Shown here one piece after another: positions 57,655-64,000 of a stretch of DNA of 64,000 nt (positions are counted from its first letter, which is position 1; every line of letters begins with the position of its first letter). The notes beneath the pieces were generated by a model. That model made no database searches. It had not been told where the DNA came from and was given only the letters and a program-made list of their open reading frames with translations. Source of the stretch: a virus (lineage: Duplodnaviria > Heunggongvirae > Uroviricota > Caudoviricetes); IMG/VR virus record IMGVR_UViG_3300028653_000011; one strand, 5' to 3'. Made by a program: the position numbers and the translations under genes.

Positions 57655-59151
57655 TTACTGCAATGCAACCACCTTGAATGGCGCCGAGACAGCCCGGTAC
57701 AATTGTTGACTACCGTCGGTGATGATCAGGATGTCTATCACATAGGTGTGCCCAGCCGTCAAATTTGATGCGTCAAGTCGAAAGAACATGCCGGCTGAAT
57801 CATTCGACAGGCGCGTCGAATTGGTCACGGTGTCAAACGGGATGGCAATGCCGGCGGTGTCGACGTCTCTGACTTGATAATGAGCGTCTCGTAGCACGAT
57901 GCCCGGCAATTCAACGGGCAACCTGATCGCTGTCATTAGAGCGGGTTGTGTGTAGTCAAAGAGGTTGACCCGTAACACCGGTGCTTCCGATACATCGAGG
58001 GTGTCAACCAAGTTGTGAACAGTAACGTTGAACTTTCGAGGAGACAGTGATTGTGGGCCACGCTGTGGTGGGTAGGCCTTGATGGTGCTGCCCGTCAAGT
58101 AAGTGACTGCCCCATTGAGAGAGCCCCAGATCGGGGTGAAGGTAATGGAACCTGATGTCTGCCATTGCGGGAGCAGCAGGTGATCCGTCGATGAGATGAG
58201 GACTGATGCTGAATAGATGCCCACTGCTGGGTTGTGACCGTAGTAGTGCTGTGATCCCGTGAAGTACATCGACCACGTGCCGCCCGACACGGGCGTAGTT
58301 AGCTGTAACAGTAGGCTCTGCGAACCCGTCACTGGCGTTGAACCTGACACTAGGTTGGCAGGAGCCTGGCGGACATAATTGTAGAGGAAGAGGTAGCTAG
58401 GTGAGTCGAGGTACAGGTTGTCGGTGTCGTCTTGGATTGAGTCATCAAACCTGACCAACAATCGAGGTTGCAGGTCGACATTGTATGCGTCACGACTGGC
58501 GAAGCGTTTGACGAAGTAAGAGTGAGTGTCAGCCTCCAACGCTGAGTCGAGTGAGATCCTGAAGCCTGAGTTGGGGATCAACCCCGCCAACGTGGCTGAT
58601 ACCATGGTCGTCACGTCGACGTCGAGGTCTTCGGTGCCCTTGACGAAGAACTGGCTGGCGCGATACGTGGTGAAGTAGTCACAGTTGGCAGTGCCCCCGC
58701 CACCACAACCTTGAGATTGCCAACTACCACTCGCCATAGATGACGTCAAGTAGTTGCATGGATAGGTGTCAGAGTAGTACACCACGTCGCGACCAATGCC
58801 TTCGTCGAATGACGCCGACAATGGATAGACGACGACGTTGAAGTTAGTGGGGGTAGGTTGCCCGCCGTAGACGTCGAAGAGGTGCAGGTGACACGAGAAC
58901 GACGGCGCCGAAGCATCGAGCAAACCTTGCGTCACCAGCGACTGTAACGGTGATAGATCGAACTGGATCAACAGCCTCGACAGTTCGGTGTTGGGCACCG
59001 ATGAACTGCCGACCAGCGTTGAGGTGTACCCATACAACTTGAAGAGGTCGAGGGTCGCGGCGACGCCGACATTGGCATTCAATTGGGCTGCACCATTGAC
59101 AACCCTGTTAGTAATGTACGTGTCGGCGAGGGGGCGGAGTGTTTTGAACAT
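57655..59151 (-). CDS. virion protein with DNRLRE-like domain
   Basis: 'ADTYI...SRLLIQFDLS', 'DVDVT', 'PRL.V.FDD'. Confidence 0.65.
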   Translation of the reverse strand: MFKTLRPLADTYITNRVVNGAAQLNANVGVAATLDLFKLYGYTSTLVGSSSVPNTELSRLLIQFDLSPLQSLVTQGLLDASAPSFSCHLHLFDVYGGQPTPTNFNVVVYPLSASFDEGIGRDVVYYSDTYPCNYLTSSMASGSWQSQGCGGGGTANCDYFTTYRASQFFVKGTEDLDVDVTTMVSATLAGLIPNSGFRISLDSALEADTHSYFVKRFASRDAYNVDLQPRLLVRFDDSIQDDTDNLYLDSPSYLFLYNYVRQAPANLVSGSTPVTGSQSLLLQLTTPVSGGTWSMYFTGSQHYYGHNPAVGIYSASVLISSTDHLLLPQWQTSGSITFTPIWGSLNGAVTYLTGSTIKAYPPQRGPQSLSPRKFNVTVHNLVDTLDVSEAPVLRVNLFDYTQPALMTAIRLPVELPGIVLRDAHYQVRDVDTAGIAIPFDTVTNSTRLSNDSAGMFFRLDASNLTAGHTYVIDILIITDGSQQLYRAVSAPFKVVALQ

Positions 59152-61001
59152 TAGGCGCTCACGGTCGCAACGATGTCAATTTCGGGATACCTGATCTCGA
59201 AGATGCCACCCGCTGAGGGGAAGATCAGGCCGTGGTGGGTATTGGAATTGACATCAAAGGTGATGTTGCTGTACTGCATGTTGTTGACAAGGCCGTTGAT
59301 GCCAGTGAACTGCATGTTGTTGAGTGAAATGATGCCAGGCACGGTGTAGATGACGTTCCTGACGTTGTCGATGATGATGGGTTGATCGATCTGGAAGTTA
59401 CCGATCTGGAAGTACGTCTGGAGCTTTGTCAGTACGTTCTGCAACACGATCTGTCGATTCAACGACGGATCAATCAAGACATCAAAGTTGAACGTTAGGT
59501 CAATGACGCGAGCGTCGAGAATGTCGATGGCGTCGCTGATCATGCGGTAGGGATTGAGGTACTTGATCAAGTTCTGCTTAAGCGTGTCAGGAGAGGTGAT
59601 CAATTGCCCTTGAGCATTACGGGAGACAATGAATAGTTGCGTCGCCAGTGGATTGTTGGGATTGGACCTGACGCCGGCTCGAAAGACGCGGCCAAAGTTG
59701 GCTGGAATGGTGTAGACGCGTGCCAAAAGGTCAGGACGGGTCACAATCCGCTCTTGACTGTTGCGGATCGCTGGTACCAACGCCGTCAAGTCAGCCGAAG
59801 AGGGCGCATCGTCACCACCTGAGGCTTCGATCAAGTTGGTCACCTCGAGGCTACCTTTGACCGCCGCGGCGACCGCGGGCGTGGGGTTGCCCGGAAAGAC
59901 CATGTTGAGCAACTTCACCGTCTGAATGCTGTCGTGTTCAACATTGTGACTGAGGCCACCACCGTAGCGATAGGTGATCTGGTACGTGGTGTTGGCCGCC
60001 GCAACACCCAACGTCGTCGTCTGGAGCAGTTGCTGCGGATTGATGGAGATCCGGGAGAACGTGGTGGTGTATGGAAAAGAGATGGCAAAGCTAGATGGGT
60101 CAGGAATGATGTCGTCGGTCAGCGTGTCAGCATTGCCACCGCCGAACGTCAATGTCGTTCGCCGAGTGTCAAGGGCCGTCGTGGCGGTGAAACGAAACGG
60201 CGCCGGAATGACCTTGATCGCGTTGGGGACGAGGTCATTGTCACCCGCGGTATTGGTGACGTTCTGGTAGACAACGTCATTCGTCAACGCATCGACCTCA
60301 TAATAGGTGTTGCCCAATAGGTCATTGACGGTGACGATGTCAGACACGTTGGCATTCTGCAGGGTGATCTTGTTGAATGGAGTGAAGCCCGCGCCCACAA
60401 TGATGTTCTCGGTCGTTTCCTGTCCCGAGATGCAGAGCCCGGATTGGGCCATGATGTAGGTTTGGGGCGTGCCATTGGGTGCCTTCTGACCGATCTTAAT
60501 CGTCGCTGCATAGGCGCCATTTGACAGCGTCGCAGTGAAGTCAATGTCCTCAAGCAGGTTGAAGCTCGTCCCATTGTTGGCGATGAAGATTGAATTGGTC
60601 TTGATGATCGGAATGGCGGCAGGCAGGGGCCCAATGGCATTATTGATGTTGGCGGCAGGCACCTCAACGTAGACGGTGACCGGGACGATGGCGGGGCTGG
60701 CACCGACGATGGGTACGCCCGAAGTGTCAAGGATGCGTTGAATGTTGATGGTTTCGACGGCGGTGGAGGGATCGAGTTCACCGAATGCATGATCGATGTA
60801 GAATGAAAGGTTGTCCCCGACGATTCCTGCGAGATCGAGAAGGAGGCCCCCAAGGGATGCCTCCGAGAAGTCGCGTAGTCGATCGGGATAATATGTCCTC
60901 GCGTATTCTAGGAGTGTCGCGCGTAGTGAGTTAAAATCACGCGCAAGGTACTTGCGCTGACGCACAGTCTTTAAATCGTCACGTTGCAACGCCATGGTCA
61001 C
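59151..61001 (-). CDS. baseplate wedge subunit (T4 gp6/baseplate J-like)
   Basis: 'YLARDFNSLR..L..YA..YYP....DFSEAS.G', 'ASGGDD', 'SQERIVT..D'. Confidence 0.85.
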   Translation of the reverse strand: MTMALQRDDLKTVRQRKYLARDFNSLRATLLEYARTYYPDRLRDFSEASLGGLLLDLAGIVGDNLSFYIDHAFGELDPSTAVETINIQRILDTSGVPIVGASPAIVPVTVYVEVPAANINNAIGPLPAAIPIIKTNSIFIANNGTSFNLLEDIDFTATLSNGAYAATIKIGQKAPNGTPQTYIMAQSGLCISGQETTENIIVGAGFTPFNKITLQNANVSDIVTVNDLLGNTYYEVDALTNDVVYQNVTNTAGDNDLVPNAIKVIPAPFRFTATTALDTRRTTLTFGGGNADTLTDDIIPDPSSFAISFPYTTTFSRISINPQQLLQTTTLGVAAANTTYQITYRYGGGLSHNVEHDSIQTVKLLNMVFPGNPTPAVAAAVKGSLEVTNLIEASGGDDAPSSADLTALVPAIRNSQERIVTRPDLLARVYTIPANFGRVFRAGVRSNPNNPLATQLFIVSRNAQGQLITSPDTLKQNLIKYLNPYRMISDAIDILDARVIDLTFNFDVLIDPSLNRQIVLQNVLTKLQTYFQIGNFQIDQPIIIDNVRNVIYTVPGIISLNNMQFTGINGLVNNMQYSNITFDVNSNTHHGLIFPSAGGIFEIRYPEIDIVATVSA

Positions 61002-61019
61002 CCTTAAGTAGGACGTACG

Positions 61020-61490
61020 TTAGATCGCGTACAACGTTACTCGTGTCTTGCGGTTAAAGATGTTCAGGTTTGGGATGCTGAATGTGATTGTGATTGTCAC
61101 CTGTGCGATGCCCGGCGTCTGCCTACCCGTGCGGTCGATCTCCGACAGGAAGTTGACGAGGTCGATGTAGGGCATCCACCGTTGGACTGCATTCTTGATG
61201 CGGGTGACGGCCTGTGAGTCAAAGTCATCGGGCGACGTTAGGTCGCTGAGCAGGGGTTTGAGATTGGCACCGAAGTCATAGAGGCCCAAGCGCTCGCCCC
61301 AGTTGGTCTGCAACAGGTTCCTGAAGTTGTCGACGACTTGGGTGCCGAGGTCGGTCGACGTCGCCAGCAGGTCGGTCGTCCCCAACATCAAGGGAGTGAC
61401 GATGCCGATGACGGGCAGCGTGACGGCCAACTTATTGGCTTGCTGCGTCGCCTGGGTGATGCCTGATGACTTGAAGTTGTAGGTACCCAT
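61020..61490 (-). CDS. baseplate gp25-like (GPW/gp25) protein
   Basis: 'NLLQTNWGER....DFGANL', 'AV.RWMPYI'. Confidence 0.85.
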   Translation of the reverse strand: MGTYNFKSSGITQATQQANKLAVTLPVIGIVTPLMLGTTDLLATSTDLGTQVVDNFRNLLQTNWGERLGLYDFGANLKPLLSDLTSPDDFDSQAVTRIKNAVQRWMPYIDLVNFLSEIDRTGRQTPGIAQVTITITFSIPNLNIFNRKTRVTLYAI

Positions 61491-61495
61491 GGTGA

Positions 61496-61717
61496 TCAGG
61501 TGATCGTTCCAACGCCAGTGACAGGGCCTCCTGCTGCGCCCGGAGGGGCGATCAGTGCGGTGGGCAATACGAGGGCTTGGGCGACGATGACGGTGAAGAT
61601 CTGACCCACGACAGTCTTCCACTTGTCGAGCGCCTCCGACTGTACGTCAGACGGAATGTTGAGGGCGGCGACGATGGCTTGAGCACACTGCGCCGCGGCG
61701 GCATCATTGAGGGGCAT
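61496..61717 (-). CDS. small baseplate-region protein
   Basis: 'GGPVTGVGTIT' C-terminus. Confidence 0.65.
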   Translation of the reverse strand: MPLNDAAAAQCAQAIVAALNIPSDVQSEALDKWKTVVGQIFTVIVAQALVLPTALIAPPGAAGGPVTGVGTIT

Positions 61718-61744
61718 GATCTGTAACTACCTTTCGCATCGTCA

Positions 61745-63208
61745 TCACAAGAGAAGAATTTTCGTTGCGAACTCGCCATTAGTGGCGCCCGCGCCGTGCG
61801 AGCCGCCCATGCTGTCGACGATGGGTGCAGCCGTCACTTGACCCGAGCCGTCGCCGTTGCCGGTGATGGCCTTTGAACACAGGACGCTCAAGTTGGCACC
61901 GTCGCCGCCCAATTTGATGACGCCCTTCTTGGCGGGAGTGAAGACAATGTCGCCGTTGGTCCTGACGATGACAGACGCACAGTTATCGGGGTTAGCGTCA
62001 GGATCCTTGACGTTGCCATCGGCGTCCTTTTCCGTCGCCCCCATCACCAGGATGACCACGTCGTGCCGGGCGATCAACCTGATCTTGTCGGTCTTGACGC
62101 CTAGGGCACCCTCACCTGAACCATCATTGATTGCCGTCGCCGAAGAGTGTGCAGCTACCACGCTGTCGATGCCGAATTTGGCGTCGGGCTTGGCTTTCTG
62201 TGACAGCAGGACTCGCGTCCTGTCGTTCTTGAAATCAACGTCGCCCTCTTGGCCCGTCAAGTCCTTCTTCGATTTTCCTAACTCCTTGCGACCCAATTCA
62301 TTGACTTCGGCCTTACCCGCCGTCAATGGAGTCTGCCCGCGGCCCACTACCACATCGATGGCCCCTGCTCCGCCCCTGATGTCACCAGCACATGGTTTGG
62401 GTACCATTCCCTGGTTGGGATCCGATGAATAATCTGAGATGGGCCCGGTGCGATCGGTACCCAGAATGATCAACGTGTTGTTGCTGCCTTCGAAGGCAAT
62501 TTCATCGGGGCGTTTGCGGTATCGAGGCACCGCTTCGTACTGAATGATCTGTGAAGCATCGGACGTCGTCAACACCTTCTTGTAGGCATCGGGATCATCA
62601 GGTAGCGTCGCCGTCGATGGAATTGCATAGCGGTCGCCGTCCTTACTATTGACGACGCCATTCTTGAATTCATACTTGGGATCGTCGGTGCCATTAAAGA
62701 CGTCGCTGAGGCCGGGCAAAAAAGATTGGTCGTGCTGTCGATCGGCGTGGGTGTAATTAAGATCCTCGACAAAGTTGGGTTGCACGATGCGACAGAACCA
62801 GTACCCGAGCTCATTGGACTTGGCATCAGAGTGTTCAAACATCCCCCAAACGTGCTCTCCTGGTTTGGCAGGAAAGGCGAGGTGTGGCGGGAAAAACGGG
62901 TACAATACCATCACCTTTTCACTGGCGCCTGAGTCACCTCCCATCACCCGGCGCGCGATGATCGAATTTCTCGGAGCGACGGTCGCGTATTGGATGTTGG
63001 CGACCTTTAGATCGTGTTCGTAGTGCGATAGCTTGGTGCCATCGAGCGTTGCCGGGTCGCTGATGACATCGAGAATGACAAAGCGTAGGAAGATCGGAAA
63101 GCCCCCGGGTGCATGGTCGTACGCCGCCTTACGCCGCAGCACGTCGTCGGCGTTGCCTTCGGTGATGTGCTTGACCATCTCAAGCGCGTCATACTTGTTA
63201 CCGGGCAC
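61745..63208 (-). CDS. baseplate hub/spike (gp5-like) protein
   Basis: 'PFFPPH..FPAKPGEHVW', 'EGSNNTLIILGTDR', 'KTDKIRLIAR'; position next to gp25. Confidence 0.6.
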   Translation of the reverse strand: MPGNKYDALEMVKHITEGNADDVLRRKAAYDHAPGGFPIFLRFVILDVISDPATLDGTKLSHYEHDLKVANIQYATVAPRNSIIARRVMGGDSGASEKVMVLYPFFPPHLAFPAKPGEHVWGMFEHSDAKSNELGYWFCRIVQPNFVEDLNYTHADRQHDQSFLPGLSDVFNGTDDPKYEFKNGVVNSKDGDRYAIPSTATLPDDPDAYKKVLTTSDASQIIQYEAVPRYRKRPDEIAFEGSNNTLIILGTDRTGPISDYSSDPNQGMVPKPCAGDIRGGAGAIDVVVGRGQTPLTAGKAEVNELGRKELGKSKKDLTGQEGDVDFKNDRTRVLLSQKAKPDAKFGIDSVVAAHSSATAINDGSGEGALGVKTDKIRLIARHDVVILVMGATEKDADGNVKDPDANPDNCASVIVRTNGDIVFTPAKKGVIKLGGDGANLSVLCSKAITGNGDGSGQVTAAPIVDSMGGSHGAGATNGEFATKILLL

Positions 63209-63247
63209 CGGGTGACCTCACCTCGATACGTAACCTACGCACGTGGA

Positions 63248-63637
63248 TCACGCCCCTTTGTTGATGCGATCGAACAGGTCGTCGGCGTCTAGCTCATTGT
63301 CCTTGCGTTCGGCTTGGGCGACGAGATCGGCGAGCTTGATCAGCTGGTCGTTGGCTTTTGCCATGCGTTCAATGCAGCTCGTCAGCGTTTTAGCGTGGAC
63401 GGCGTATTCAGTGCTGGTGCTAGTGCTTTTGGCGTTGATCAGGTTGAAGACCTGCTTGAAGACGATGAAACTGTTCTGTCGATCGCTGATCGCGTTCTCA
63501 TAGATGTTCTTCCATAACTCACGTTTCTTGTCGCTGAGGTTCTCAATGTCCTTGAGTAGGTCACTGAAGTCACGAATTTTTGCCTCAAAGTCACGTTCGG
63601 AAATTTCAACAATGGACGTAGGATTAGGATCAGTCAT
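63248..63637 (-). CDS. coiled-coil hypothetical protein
   Basis: 'IYENA..DR', 'ERMAKANDQLIKLA'. Confidence 0.7.
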   Translation of the reverse strand: MTDPNPTSIVEISERDFEAKIRDFSDLLKDIENLSDKKRELWKNIYENAISDRQNSFIVFKQVFNLINAKSTSTSTEYAVHAKTLTSCIERMAKANDQLIKLADLVAQAERKDNELDADDLFDRINKGA

Positions 63638-63662
63638 GACAATACTTAGGTGTAGGTGGATG

Positions 63663-63998
63663 TCAAAACAGCTTGAACTTTGGATCGAGCTTGAACCGAC
63701 GGTACTGCTTCTTGATCGCCTGCAGTGTCGTTGTCAATTGCTTGGGTGATAGCCCACTTAGTTCACGCATGTAGAGCAGGATGGCACTCTTGCTCAACAG
63801 GTCAATGTCATCAATATTCTCGAAGATGGTAATAATGCTGTTGATGCACGCGAGTTCATTCTCCGACTTCACCTTGCTGCGGATCTCATATAGCAGACCC
63901 ACCATCGCGTGCACCGACGATTGATTTTCAAGCACCACATCTTGACCCGGGATAGTGCAGTGATCCTCAACAATGCGCTGTTCATTGGCTGACAGTGC
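63663..63998 (-). CDS. hypothetical protein, 5' truncated by window edge (possible C-terminal HTH)
   Basis: frame open to window end; 'KSAILLYMRELSGLSPKQL'. Confidence 0.6.
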   Translation of the reverse strand, partial: ALSANEQRIVEDHCTIPGQDVVLENQSSVHAMVGLLYEIRSKVKSENELACINSIITIFENIDDIDLLSKSAILLYMRELSGLSPKQLTTTLQAIKKQYRRFKLDPKFKLF

Positions 63999-64000
63999 TT

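Noticed and set aside
1-64000. Stop-codon reassignment
   Set aside because: Long genes are intact in the standard code, all three stops are used, and no suppressor tRNA was found.

Overview
This window looks like part of a large, GC-rich jumbo-phage genome with myovirus-type baseplate genes. A Myxococcota/Polyangiaceae-like host is inferred from an FGE-sulfatase protein and a Ser/DAG-rich lipoprotein. The + strand arm (1-43.6 kb) holds many small ORFs, about 40 tRNA or tRNA-like genes in two clusters, a sigma70-like factor, dNMP kinase, ATP-dependent ligase, a MoxR-like AAA+ ATPase and vWA/metallopeptidase, HD hydrolase, nucleotidyltransferase, NADAR, a Pth2-like protein and OmpA. The - strand arm (43.6-64 kb) holds tail fibre and baseplate genes. 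The most unusual signal is six paralogous ~80 aa 'MKPGDLIEW' genes whose 3' ends contain a 29-bp type I-E-like CRISPR repeat. One copy extends into a 3-repeat mini-array with an exact 61-bp period, and the spacer is translated as the variable C-terminal tail; no cas genes are visible. Other candidates are a conserved leaderless promoter family (GTGYAA-N18-TA..(A/G)T-N6-ATG), an apparently split sigma factor, a tag-less mini-tmRNA, a recurring 21-bp palindrome and a promoter-driven structured ncRNA. All calls were made by eye, without database searches.
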